This document shows, one piece after another, positions 38,501 to 47,540 of a stretch of 64,000 nt of DNA. Position 1 is the stretch's first letter. Every line of letters starts with the position of its first letter. The DNA comes from a virus. A program made the position numbers and the translations under genes. The stretch spans positions 1 through 64,000 of the IMG/VR virus record IMGVR_UViG_3300032431_000003; one strand, 5' to 3'. Under the pieces are notes generated by a model, which was given only the letters and a program-made list of their open reading frames with translations, was not told where the DNA came from and searched no databases.

Positions 38501-41500
38501 CGTTAGAGCGAAGTATGGATAGATCAACAGTCCCAACATTAGCCATGTCTTGAGAGAGCTTGTCGTAAGTGCTAGACAAAGCTAGAAGCTGCCTTCTTTG
38601 TGATCCAGAAGCAGCGTTTGCCATCGTTGAGCTAAACACCCCAAACTTGGTCATCGATTCCTCATAGACCTTCTGGGCAGTCTCTGAATCAACTTGAGCC
38701 TGAGCGATTATTTCCTGAGACTGCCCATCTCGCCCCATCTTGGCGATTCTTTCTGCGTCTAATTCCTGAATCTTTTTCAGCCCTTCTTCGGTTTTCTGAT
38801 TGAGAGAATCAAGGAATTTCTCGGTCGATTTAGCCGCTTGGTTACTAGCTTGAGCATTGGCAATAGCCGCTATATTTGTCTGATACAGTGTCTCCGCCTT
38901 TGCTACTTCAGCCAGCAATGACGTTTGCTTGGTTAGATCGTCAATCTGGCTCTGCCTAGCCTTTTTTCTACCTGGATCATTTTCATTCTTGTTTGCCTCA
39001 GTCAAGTCGGCAATTGTCTGATCGTTTGTAGCCTTCAACGCATCAATGGCTTTCTTTTCTGCCGCTAAGACCTTGGCTAAATCCTCAGAACTCAACGCCT
39101 TTCCTTGGTTTGCCTTGACAATTGCCTTGGCTTCATCGGTGATATAGTCGTGGTTCTTTAGCTTCTGTCTATACTGGAGGGTCTTCTCGTAAAGACGTTG
39201 AGTTTCAGCTTCGGCAGCATTTCTGGCAGAGATAAGCCCCTCGGAAGTCGTTGCTGCTTCAGTGAGTTCTTGAATAATCTCAACACTCTGCCCAGCCCGA
39301 TCTTTTACCCAGTTGAAAGCATTACCTACAGAGTTCATTAAATCTCCAATGGAACCAAAGATAGCCTTAAACATGGGACCAAGAACGGGAACGTTGCTTA
39401 GTAACCAAGGGATGAAGCTGGTAATCCCTCCCATCACCCAGAGGACTCCCTTGCCCAAATCCCAGATATTACTGATAGTGCCAGCTAAAAGCCAGATTAA
39501 CCCTTGCATATTTCCCTTGTATGCCTTGCCCTCCTTTGTTCCCTCCTTCTGTTTCTCTGTCAACTCCGAAGTTGCCCCCGCCGCTTTAAGTAAAGCCTTC
39601 TCCATCTTTTCGCTTTCAGCAGCCGCTCCACCAAGGGCGGGAATGAAATCCTGGAGAACGAGGAGCACCGATCCTAGAACTGCTACCACCCCAATGACTG
39701 ACCCAATTAAAACAACCCAGAAAAGTGCTGCGGCTGAAGTTGCCCATGTCAACGCCGCCGTAATTCCGTTAATTGAGAGCGTGTACACTGCATTCGCAAG
39801 TGCCCCCAACTTCGTAGCAAAAGTTGTCCGCCCTGTTGCTACGAGATGGAACTCGGTGAGAACGGCGTTTGTCGCAAGGGCAGCAGTGTCGGCGTTCTTA
39901 GCTGCGGTAGAAGCTCCAATCTCGGCAATCTCTCCTATAGCTCTCTTCCCCTCGGCTTCTTTCAGGGCTAGCAATTTCGCTCTAGCTGCCAGATTAAATT
40001 CTATGGCAGCAGTTTCCGCCGCCATTTGCTTCGTCATGGGTCGAGGGAGGTCTATGTTTGCTAATTTAGTCTGAGCTTCCTGTACCGAAGACAAGGTTCC
40101 CTTCACATCGCCCAAGCCTAGCAGTTCAGCCATTAGCCCCTTAGTTTTCTCACTCTTATTGCCTATCGCAATCTGCTTGGTTAATTTCTCAGCTTCCGCC
40201 TTGACTGAGGGGGTGGCATTGGCAAAGCCTTCTTTTATCTTCGATCTAATTTCATCTTGGTTTCCACCAAGAAATATTTCCTCTATGCCCTGAAAATTCT
40301 GCACCCGTTTTTTCTTGCTAGCTATTGCGGATTGCTTATCTAAATCAACAAGCATTTCCGCATTCATTACAGCCAAAGCTTTTCTTGAAGTTAAATTGCT
40401 CTTAATAGCCTTGACTTCCGACTCCATTGCAATCTTTAGTGGAGTATCGTCAGGATACTTAGCCAGCACAGTGTCTTTGAAGTTCTTAAGCCGATCTTCA
40501 GCCTTTCCAATGCTCTCCAAGGATGATCCCGCCTGATCTAACCCCATAGCCTTAGCCACGTTCCCCTTAGCGATAGCGGGATCAAGTCCTCTAAGGTTCG
40601 TAGTGATTCTGCTAATTCTATCCTGGACTTCAGGGGAAGTTATTGAGTAGATGCTTTTGAACAAGTTCTCTGACTGCAAGGTAAACTTTGATAAGTCAAG
40701 CTGATCAACTTTCCTAATTGCCGCACCCAGGGTTTCGTAAGAGCCAATCATCCTGTCAAAAGCCTTTGCGGGAAGCAATGTTTTCTGCTGGGCGGACAAG
40801 AGCATGGGAGCAAAATCCTCAGCCCATCCATTTAGAGCTTTTCGGCTATTGGCAAAACTATTCATCAGTCCATCATTGATGTTCTTAAGCCCCTCCAGCC
40901 CCATGATTTGCCCTGCCCTAGCTTTTTGCACCACCTGTTCAACGCCAAGCACTCCCATCAGAGCCTTCTGGTAGCCCTGCTTCGCCATTATTGCTTGTCT
41001 TATCGCCTCAACGTGAGTGCGTATCTCCCCAGTCATGATCAGTTGACTGCCACGAGTAATAAGGTAAGCTTTACCCAGTCCCAGCACAATATTCGTCAGA
41101 CTCTGACCTGCCTCGGTAACTCGCCCAAACTGCATGGAAAGCATTGCCGTTCCAGCGATAACATCCTTAAGTGGTTCTGGCAAGTTTTGGAAGTACTTGA
41201 GTAATCCTTCCAACGACTTCAACCCCGGCTCAATGGCTGGCAGAGTTCTCTTGCCCAAGTCAGTCATTACTTCGTTGAACCCATTGGTTACTGCGGTCAT
41301 TCTTTGAGTTGCAGACTGTCTTCTATTGTCAAACAAGGTGTCCAAGCTCTCCGAGCCGACCGTGCCCATGTCTTCCATGTTTTGCTTTGCATCCTTAGAA
41401 GCCGTAGTCATTAAACTCAGAGCCGTACTGAAGGCTAGGGAGTCGGGAATAATCTCTTTAAGTTTATTGGTACTACCACCAGTCGCTTTCCACAAGTCCT

Positions 41501-43406
41501 GCAATGAAGCAAGCAGTCCCTTCGTTTTAATTGTATTTGTGTCAAATTTAATTCCCAATTCTTCAATCGCCTTGGCTGACTGGGCTCCCTGTCCGGCGAT
41601 GCTACTCAATAGAGATGCGTAACCTGTCATGGCATCGTCGGCACTCAAGGTCTGGGTTAGGGCTGAGATAGAACCATAGAGTTCGTCGATACCCACGCCG
41701 GAAGCCTTGGCAGACTCAGAAACCCTAGCAATACCTCCTGCTAACTGAGGAAAGGTGACAATACCTCTTTCAACCACTTGGTTCATCTTGGCAGCAACCA
41801 AAGCTGAATCCCGATTCTCAATCTTGTAAACCTTCATTGATTTGGCGAGGGCTTCAATGGTCGTCCCGGCATCGGTTCCCGTAGCTGAACTGAGCTTCGT
41901 GGCTGCTTCCATGAAATTCGTTGTTTCGGCGATGGAACCTACGCCAGCCGAGAGAGCATTGTACATGCCCTTTGCTGCTTCAACAGAGCTAATAGCATTT
42001 TGAAGTGGACCATTAACTAAGTTAGTCAGAGCGTCTCCTAACTTGTCTTGCCCAGCGGCTGCCCCGACACTCAAGGTAGCCAAGTTAGCTAACTGATCTT
42101 GGAATCCTGCAAACCTCTGAAAAGATACGTTGACAAACTTCTCTGCTGCTTGAGAACTGAGCAAGAGTCCTTCCCCCATCATGCCAAGAGAGACCGCCAT
42201 CTCCGAAGTGGTGGAGTCAATCCCTATCGACTGCATTGCTTGAAAAGCTGTATTCAATCCCTGCATCTTCATGTAGGCATCCATAGCAGCCACACCAAGA
42301 GCATTTAGCATATCTAGAGATTGCTTTAGCGCAAGAATTCCCAGGAATTTTCCTGCGACATCGTTCAGTCCAGCCTTTTTGAAATTCTCTCCAACTCCCT
42401 CAAGAGAGCGACCCGCTTTAGAGGACTTGTCCGTCAAGTTCTCTAATCCGTCCGCAAGTTTCTCGGTCTGCTTAGTTAATCCTTCAGGTAGGTTGACCTT
42501 TGACATTCCTTGACCGAGAAGCCTTATAGCCGAAGCACCCTTTGAGCCAAGGGCATCAAGGGTCTCCTTAAGTAGGTTGGCATTCTTGGTTAAAGCTCCG
42601 TAAGAGATCGTAATTGCTCTGGCAGAGGTCGTAGCAAGAGCCATAGGCGTACTGATCATTGGTATGACTTTTTGAGATACCGTAGTCAAGGCAGTCCCCG
42701 TTGATTCCAAGACTCCTGACAAGTCTTCTTCGGCAAACCTTTGAATTCCTTCACTAAGCCGATGGATATCTCCTACTTGATCGGCAAGATTTACTGCATT
42801 CGAGAATTTAATCAGTCCACCAGATAGTTGGTTGACTACCTTTGCTGCTCCTTCGCCGACAATTCCCATCTGCTCTAGTCGTTCCGCAAAATCAGAGGTT
42901 GCCTTTGCGGCAGTCCTCAAGCCCGAAGACAGCGGCTTCTGTGCTATATCGAGAGTTTTGAATATTTTCCCTGCAACAGTACCTTGTTCCATTACTGAAG
43001 AGAAGGAATCAGCGACTGGTCCCAATGTTGAGTTTAGAAAATCAACTTGCTTTCCCATTCCCAAGAATTTAGAACCAAGTTGGACAGCCCAGTTCCCTGT
43101 AACATCCGTAACTTTCACTGTTGTTTTCAGTGCAGAGTTTGTTCCTTCGATGGTATCGGAAACATCACCAAAAGCTCCACTAAGCCCACTGACAGCCTTT
43201 CGTGAATTACTAGCAGTTCCGCTAAGTTTCCCTAGTAGCTTCTCAGCGATGCCCGACTGCTTACCCATCTCGGTGATGTGTTCAGAGCCATCGGAGACCC
43301 CTTCGTTAAGCTTTGAGAAACCTACGCCCAGTTTCTTGAGAGTGGACTCTAGCTCACTCCCGTCTCCTCTAAAATTAATAACTGCATCAGTATTTAGCAT
43401 GGTCAA
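35586..43406 (-). CDS. Tail tape measure protein
   Basis: 2606 aa helical; TP901-type core (GMYNALSAG..AATKLS..VERG.VTF.QLA..LGIKF), hydrophobic segments, long coiled coil. Confidence 0.93.
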   Translation of the reverse strand: MTMLNTDAVINFRGDGSELESTLKKLGVGFSKLNEGVSDGSEHITEMGKQSGIAEKLLGKLSGTASNSRKAVSGLSGAFGDVSDTIEGTNSALKTTVKVTDVTGNWAVQLGSKFLGMGKQVDFLNSTLGPVADSFSSVMEQGTVAGKIFKTLDIAQKPLSSGLRTAAKATSDFAERLEQMGIVGEGAAKVVNQLSGGLIKFSNAVNLADQVGDIHRLSEGIQRFAEEDLSGVLESTGTALTTVSQKVIPMISTPMALATTSARAITISYGALTKNANLLKETLDALGSKGASAIRLLGQGMSKVNLPEGLTKQTEKLADGLENLTDKSSKAGRSLEGVGENFKKAGLNDVAGKFLGILALKQSLDMLNALGVAAMDAYMKMQGLNTAFQAMQSIGIDSTTSEMAVSLGMMGEGLLLSSQAAEKFVNVSFQRFAGFQDQLANLATLSVGAAAGQDKLGDALTNLVNGPLQNAISSVEAAKGMYNALSAGVGSIAETTNFMEAATKLSSATGTDAGTTIEALAKSMKVYKIENRDSALVAAKMNQVVERGIVTFPQLAGGIARVSESAKASGVGIDELYGSISALTQTLSADDAMTGYASLLSSIAGQGAQSAKAIEELGIKFDTNTIKTKGLLASLQDLWKATGGSTNKLKEIIPDSLAFSTALSLMTTASKDAKQNMEDMGTVGSESLDTLFDNRRQSATQRMTAVTNGFNEVMTDLGKRTLPAIEPGLKSLEGLLKYFQNLPEPLKDVIAGTAMLSMQFGRVTEAGQSLTNIVLGLGKAYLITRGSQLIMTGEIRTHVEAIRQAIMAKQGYQKALMGVLGVEQVVQKARAGQIMGLEGLKNINDGLMNSFANSRKALNGWAEDFAPMLLSAQQKTLLPAKAFDRMIGSYETLGAAIRKVDQLDLSKFTLQSENLFKSIYSITSPEVQDRISRITTNLRGLDPAIAKGNVAKAMGLDQAGSSLESIGKAEDRLKNFKDTVLAKYPDDTPLKIAMESEVKAIKSNLTSRKALAVMNAEMLVDLDKQSAIASKKKRVQNFQGIEEIFLGGNQDEIRSKIKEGFANATPSVKAEAEKLTKQIAIGNKSEKTKGLMAELLGLGDVKGTLSSVQEAQTKLANIDLPRPMTKQMAAETAAIEFNLAARAKLLALKEAEGKRAIGEIAEIGASTAAKNADTAALATNAVLTEFHLVATGRTTFATKLGALANAVYTLSINGITAALTWATSAAALFWVVLIGSVIGVVAVLGSVLLVLQDFIPALGGAAAESEKMEKALLKAAGATSELTEKQKEGTKEGKAYKGNMQGLIWLLAGTISNIWDLGKGVLWVMGGITSFIPWLLSNVPVLGPMFKAIFGSIGDLMNSVGNAFNWVKDRAGQSVEIIQELTEAATTSEGLISARNAAEAETQRLYEKTLQYRQKLKNHDYITDEAKAIVKANQGKALSSEDLAKVLAAEKKAIDALKATNDQTIADLTEANKNENDPGRKKARQSQIDDLTKQTSLLAEVAKAETLYQTNIAAIANAQASNQAAKSTEKFLDSLNQKTEEGLKKIQELDAERIAKMGRDGQSQEIIAQAQVDSETAQKVYEESMTKFGVFSSTMANAASGSQRRQLLALSSTYDKLSQDMANVGTVDLSILRSNADSAMDQIKKSFDGGAIGVEFATELLEGLQSQKGPIGQNGIAESILSASQIQENVAMIIEMKKTALERSFAMDEKAIGEVRLREKQTVISAEASALQITQIQFEQNKKRLANAKETLALIEEVGKGKDSQEYRDKQAEIVKMEQDLKGQQIEMGNQEIAVRKNVLDQKLRLDEQSNRQVQLLQTKGLITAQEAADQMAGIDIEMNNKRLKDAKETLEKIAKLQGKSSRAYMDAQLEVNKLEMELESQKENREIKRKVIAIEKSQKIFSNQIEAENQGLRIQINALTKIGDELGRQQKVLEARNSLLSLVETQSQASLTNLSRQIKDETIKAEIQTRSASQQLSILERTQEAEVESLNMSQAQQRIANEKQQTESDIALKENQRAIADAEADIAKQQVNAKLTEEDVRSGELRVDALKIQQEQLQNQRLQLRGQEMIMQSAIEELKIKQSMALVESRINLLLAEQAESEAKRNQEIKLGQQMLGYYQQQINMVTKLTNSELVKATVESKSQQASLRFLERKQELEKESAKDQERINALALEGQEYANVLQLKENERLINQANLDLTRASSKEEQGMAQSRITSLQKQREFLAGQTSMIGKQQEMNVRAAVELEIRQDQEKSEARLNVLLAKQAEQTALITEKMNFQKDILEKQKRLMESRSSQVAGQLDLLSKTLHGEAEKHAIAKATARIKYQSLLSQQEMELKLLDLNQAQQKATMEQERIRLRMQQAQNKADIADAKAKVSESIAKGDSPEMVQARLDALSAKVEQGTYLQYATEIQSNQAKLTEMLNVQERQAIVASQSTARGHALLEVAETLPEGQEQARLVASVRNQVLADLGLSSGGALDYGLTRNNFRELQGLNLNTNTQGVMPQITPPDLDYIRRNFQAQMQEFGVPQAPGGVAGQRQANDPAMAEIRDGLQAQANRPTNDVSMQNTINITLQADQNGEIGQNVEQQVLQSLDGVLTTLNQRR

Positions 43407-43445
43407 TTAGGGGGTGTTGAATGTGCAAGCCATTTCCGTTCTCCA

Positions 43446-43898
43446 TTATTCAGGCATTTGTTTTAAGATGAAACTAACCAATTGAACAAAGGCATCGTCG
43501 TTCAACGCTTCGGGCTCAGTGAGATCAGGGAAGCTAAGTCGAATAGCTTCCAGCAATAGTTTGTTTGCGCTAGGGTTGAGAAACATTTTACCCATAGCTG
43601 TATTGCGTTCCTGAGTCAACTCGTCGTCTTCGCTGAGTTCCCCCATCGCCTTCAGGTGGGCAAAGACTTTCTCGTAAAGTTGATCCGCAGTGAGCTTCTG
43701 CTGCTCTTCAGGGGTGACAATTAAGTCTTTCACCACTGCGACCAAGAAGGTGTAAACAAGTCCATTAACAGGAATGTTAGGTGGACGATAGCGAAGATTT
43801 TTTCCCAGGATAGTAACGCCTTGCTCGATTTGGTACAAACCAGTCAAGTCAGTGTCGAAGATCGTTCCAGGGATTACGTTTCTTTTCGTTGTTGCCAT
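43446..43898 (-). CDS. Hypothetical protein, possible second tail chaperone
   Basis: Between chaperone and tape measure. Confidence 0.55.
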   Translation of the reverse strand: MATTKRNVIPGTIFDTDLTGLYQIEQGVTILGKNLRYRPPNIPVNGLVYTFLVAVVKDLIVTPEEQQKLTADQLYEKVFAHLKAMGELSEDDELTQERNTAMGKMFLNPSANKLLLEAIRLSFPDLTEPEALNDDAFVQLVSFILKQMPE

Positions 43899-43904
43899 AG
43901 TTAA

Positions 43905-44614
43905 TTAAAAGTCATTAAGGAAGTTCTCTAGTTCAGGGTGGCTTGCCATGTGATCCTCTAAGCCCTTGCTTGCTACTTCAAGTCTCCTTTCTTCTGGGTC
44001 TCTTCTTATTTCGACCGTGGAATTAATTAAGTCTTGAATAGCTTGCCCATCCCAGTTTTGCCAAATAATCCAAGGCATTTGGGACTTGGGATAGAGTTCC
44101 ATCAGTAAAGCTAAGGTGTCGGCATCGGGGTTTGTTTCTTTTCGATCTCTTTCTTGAGAACTTTCTGCTTGCCCTTGATCTCCTGGATGAAGCTCTCCCT
44201 GGCTTTGTCCATCAACCCCTGACCGTCGTAAAGAAAAAAAGCGAAACCATGCAACTTAGCTATTCGAGAGGGTAGATGACTCTCTTCCTTGCTCTCAGGG
44301 ACAATGGCTCCATCCTCGTCTTGGTGAGTCGTTCCAGTAAAGAAGACCTGCATAATCTCATCGCTGTCCATTTCATCAAGTTCAAGGGGTTCCCCTGAGA
44401 TCGTGGGCAAGAGAGTCACCGCTTGCTGAAGCAAACTCCAAGCTTTCTTGTTAGAAGGAACAAGTAGAGTTCCCGCCATTAACCCAGAAAGGAAGAATTG
44501 CTCCAGCAAGGATTGTTGTAATTCCATCATATCAGCCCACTTAGCGCGGGGTAATGGCTTAACCTTAACCACTGCCCCGTCTAAGTAAGTAACGTCAAAA
44601 TAACGTTCAGCCAT
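43905..44614 (-). CDS. Tail assembly chaperone, long form via programmed -1 frameshift
   Basis: T TTT TTT slippery site (44240-44234); -1 frame open into ORF 43905..44102. Confidence 0.75.
44111..44614 (-). CDS. Tail assembly chaperone, short form
   Basis: Follows tail tube gene with TAATG coupling. Confidence 0.75.
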   Translation of the reverse strand: MAERYFDVTYLDGAVVKVKPLPRAKWADMMELQQSLLEQFFLSGLMAGTLLVPSNKKAWSLLQQAVTLLPTISGEPLELDEMDSDEIMQVFFTGTTHQDEDGAIVPESKEESHLPSRIAKLHGFAFFLYDGQGLMDKARESFIQEIKGKQKVLKKEIEKKQTPMPTP

Positions 44615-45411
44615 TAGCAAGCCACCTTTCTTCCTGTGTATTTAATCTTGTAGGTAGAGCAACCGCCAAGGGACTGGTCTAGTCGGAACTTGATGGGTAC
44701 ATCGGCTGCGCTTGGATCAAAGGAGTTCCCGGAGATCGTTGGCGATACGTTGTCAGCTTCAAAGGTCACGATGGTATTATCCACTGAGTGAACAAGGATA
44801 GCTTTAAGCCTGTAAGCTCCGACGGGTAAGTCGCCTAGTTGCAGTCCTGCTACAATAGGCTCCTCAGTGATAACAGTAACAGTTTCGCCAGCCAAGGCAA
44901 CAGGGAATCTAAGAGCCCCAGCCGCCCCTATCATCCAAGAATTTACGGCAACTGCCCCAGAAGCAGTCCAAGGAACTCGTATTAGCTGCTGGGAGACCCC
45001 AAAGGTTCCCTTGACAGCAGCCTTGGCATTGGGTTCATCGACAACAACACCGAAACCCTCAATGTCAATGAGTACGGGGGGAACTTCTCCGGTGGCGGGA
45101 ATTGTCAACTCTCTAATGACCGGGGCAACCAAGCCCGTAGCTTGGAATTTGCGTCCAAAAAGTAGCTCCAAAGCCTCCGGTTGGCGATGCCCAAAGGAGA
45201 TAGACAAGGTAGGCTTCTCTGAGGACTGATAGGAACCCATTGTTACCATCTTAGCCAAGGGGTTCATCCCTTCTTGGATTACTTCTTCAACTCCTAGATC
45301 AAGCTGCATCGACTTTGGAGTGGGAATGTGAAGAATGTTTCCGGTGGCTAATTCTTGGAGGCGAATTTTACCAGCCCCTTTGATAGTGTTCTGAAACTTA
45401 GCTAGAGTCAT
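44614..45411 (-). CDS. Major tail (tube) protein
   Basis: 265 aa beta-rich, IKGAGKI start, position before chaperone and tape measure. Confidence 0.75.
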   Translation of the reverse strand: MTLAKFQNTIKGAGKIRLQELATGNILHIPTPKSMQLDLGVEEVIQEGMNPLAKMVTMGSYQSSEKPTLSISFGHRQPEALELLFGRKFQATGLVAPVIRELTIPATGEVPPVLIDIEGFGVVVDEPNAKAAVKGTFGVSQQLIRVPWTASGAVAVNSWMIGAAGALRFPVALAGETVTVITEEPIVAGLQLGDLPVGAYRLKAILVHSVDNTIVTFEADNVSPTISGNSFDPSAADVPIKFRLDQSLGGCSTYKIKYTGRKVAC

Positions 45412-45614
45412 GGATTTTTACCTTTTGGTTTTGGTTGAATCGATTCACCCTCTGTCCCTTGGGGTGGCTCGGACTTGGGAGAGTCAGGGGGGACATATAC
45501 AAACCCAAGAATGAAAGCTGCTGGAGGAATTTCCTCTCTGTCGTACCAGCCAGGGGGCAGGACAGACCCGTTGGCGTGTTCAGTTGGATATAGTAAGTTA
45601 ACTTTTTTGCTCAT
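45408..45614 (-). CDS. Small hypothetical virion-module protein
   Basis: Coupled ORF. Confidence 0.6.
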   Translation of the reverse strand: MSKKVNLLYPTEHANGSVLPPGWYDREEIPPAAFILGFVYVPPDSPKSEPPQGTEGESIQPKPKGKNP

Positions 45615-46046
45615 TTAACCGCTTTGTTTTATGTTGAAACTAAAATCTGCTTGGTATATTAATTCGCCCAACTGAAACATCGGACGATACCGACTACTGA
45701 CTCTCCCCGTAAACTCGACACATCCTGCTTTCGCAATAGCCATCTCTCTCAAAGCGTTTGCTATATTCAGCGCAAGGAAATTATTTATCCCCGGTAGCTC
45801 ATCCATCGACACATTGGCTAAGGCATGGGTGAGCTTGATGTCTGACTGCCGAGCAGCCGTCTGAAGATCAAGGTAGTCAGACTCACGAAAACCTTTAAGT
45901 AATGGGTAGTCGGAAATAGGGATATTGAAAGCGTCATAGTAAGCCACTCGCCGAACAACCGTGACCCCATCGCCAGCCTTGTTTAAGAAAGTAGCCACCG
46001 TGTCTGTAATTTCCTTAATTAATGGGTCGTGGAATAAGCTGGTCAT
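45615..46046 (-). CDS. Putative tail terminator / completion protein
   Basis: Size, YPLL motif, position (synteny inference). Confidence 0.55.
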   Translation of the reverse strand: MTSLFHDPLIKEITDTVATFLNKAGDGVTVVRRVAYYDAFNIPISDYPLLKGFRESDYLDLQTAARQSDIKLTHALANVSMDELPGINNFLALNIANALREMAIAKAGCVEFTGRVSSRYRPMFQLGELIYQADFSFNIKQSG

Positions 46047-46459
46047 TTGTTGAGTGATCCCAATGTTCGTTTGGTAGTGTTGATTAGTGGTGGTGCTGAT
46101 ACCTTGGGTTGAGCCATCTTTGCAGCCATTTTAGGGTTCCACTCAACAATCTTTACCTTGCGCCCTATAGTTCGTGCTGGCGGAGGACTCCTGACTCCCT
46201 TGAGGGAAGACAAGACTTGTTTCTTACCCTGTGTCAGTGCAGGAAGTACTTTTGTTTTGGCCTTTCTGTACGCTCCAACTATCTCTGACTTATTTTTGGT
46301 ATTCATCCAGCCAACCTCACGGGTATTCACAGCTTTCCCGGAGGTCGAAGGCACTCCCATCGCTTTGTTATATTTGGCTCTAGCCTTATTTGCCTTGGCT
46401 ACCTTCTTTTTGAGTCGATAGTTTTTGGCTACTTTTGTTAATTTTGCTGTGATCGCCAT
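46043..46459 (-). CDS. Highly basic Lys-rich protein (no xEF leader)
   Basis: Composition; coupled to next gene. Confidence 0.65.
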   Translation of the reverse strand: MAITAKLTKVAKNYRLKKKVAKANKARAKYNKAMGVPSTSGKAVNTREVGWMNTKNKSEIVGAYRKAKTKVLPALTQGKKQVLSSLKGVRSPPPARTIGRKVKIVEWNPKMAAKMAQPKVSAPPLINTTKRTLGSLNK

Positions 46460-46463
46460 GTGC

Positions 46464-46946
46464 CTACCTAGCTGGTCGTGGAATAGGATTCCGATTATCT
46501 TGCAGTAAGGATTCTTGAATTAGTTTTGCTATCTTTTCAAGAAGTTCATTGTGCCAAAATACGATAGGTCGTAGCTTCTGAAGTTCGTCAACGTTTTTGG
46601 CGGTCAGTTCAAAGAAGAAGGTATCGCCGTCAACGTGGTAAACATTCTGAGCTCCTGGGGTAATAGCTCCTCTCCAGAGAGTTCCAGAGTCTATATGTAT
46701 CTGCCCAGAGAGTCGGCGAGGATTTTGGCGAAAAGCCATGTTGGATAGCTTGCGATATTCAATCCCTCCGTGAGCCATGCCACCCGTAGTTGTCACTGGA
46801 GATAACAAGAAACGAGTGTTGATGTCATCTCGAATCAATTGAGCCACTTGATCGGAGATCGGGGTTAAATCACCGATCCTGTCCTGAGCCGTCTCGATCC
46901 GATCCGTCATCTGACTCAAGCCAGTAGTCGTAATCTTTATTTCCAT
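46464..46946 (-). CDS. Virion morphogenesis / tail completion protein (Mu gpG-like)
   Basis: MEIKITT.GL..M..RI, DLTPI..VA, RF, YRKLS, IDSGTL, RP motifs. Confidence 0.7.
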   Translation of the reverse strand: MEIKITTTGLSQMTDRIETAQDRIGDLTPISDQVAQLIRDDINTRFLLSPVTTTGGMAHGGIEYRKLSNMAFRQNPRRLSGQIHIDSGTLWRGAITPGAQNVYHVDGDTFFFELTAKNVDELQKLRPIVFWHNELLEKIAKLIQESLLQDNRNPIPRPAR

Positions 46947-47013
46947 AACGAATCTCGTACCAGATGGTATAGCGGTTAATAGCCTTTCTCAGTAATTCCT
47001 TAGTTAGAACCAT
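46870..47013 (-). CDS. Possible 47-aa ORF overlapping the start of the morphogenesis gene
   Basis: AAGGAG RBS, MVLTKELLRKAINRYTIWYEIRYGNKDYDYW... Confidence 0.4.
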   Translation of the reverse strand: MVLTKELLRKAINRYTIWYEIRYGNKDYDYWLESDDGSDRDGSGQDR

Positions 47014-47027
47014 GTGTCTCCTTGTAT

Positions 47028-47540
47028 TTATCTAGGTCGTCTAGGTGGTCTTCGAGGAGTCGTGCTGCCTCTACGAACTCGTTGACCTCTGGGTTTTGCC
47101 TTGGGTAGAGACTGAAGCCTCTTCTCGGCTGCATTCCGCTTGAGTCGGTTTGCCTCAAGCTGGGTTCTGTACTTGGGAACCTCTACTGCATCTTTTGCAC
47201 TTCTGATCTTCTTGCCTGCTCTAGCGGCTAAACCCCAACGACCAGAATCTTCCTTGTTAATATGATGGATGACTGCTTTATTCAAAGGTTTAGCAAGTCG
47301 CTTATTAGTAGCCTGAACCCTTTGGTAGTAGGATTTTGGCTTTCTAGCAGGAGTGCTCTTTGCCGAAGAAAGTAACTCTGGTGCAGAAACCTGAGAGTCA
47401 AAAGTGCTACTTCCAGGAGTCCTTCTTCGGGAAGCCAAGTATCCTCCCCCTCCAAGGACTCCCGCCAAAGCTGCGGCTCTAACAATTCGCCCCTTCCTTG
47501 TTTTTCCTAGCAACTTTCGCCGCAAGTTACCCTTTGCCAT
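47028..47540 (-). CDS. Highly basic Arg-rich protein with glycine-zipper segment
   Basis: RAAALAGVLGGGGYL resembles the segment after the leader of 56771..57829. Confidence 0.7.
   Translation of the reverse strand: MAKGNLRRKLLGKTRKGRIVRAAALAGVLGGGGYLASRRRTPGSSTFDSQVSAPELLSSAKSTPARKPKSYYQRVQATNKRLAKPLNKAVIHHINKEDSGRWGLAARAGKKIRSAKDAVEVPKYRTQLEANRLKRNAAEKRLQSLPKAKPRGQRVRRGSTTPRRPPRRPR

Noticed and set aside
26253-43410. Long plus-strand ORFs antisense to tail genes (26253..26894, 39313..40074, 42832..43410)
   Set aside because: Shadow frames of repetitive or codon-biased genes; no RBS or protein-like features
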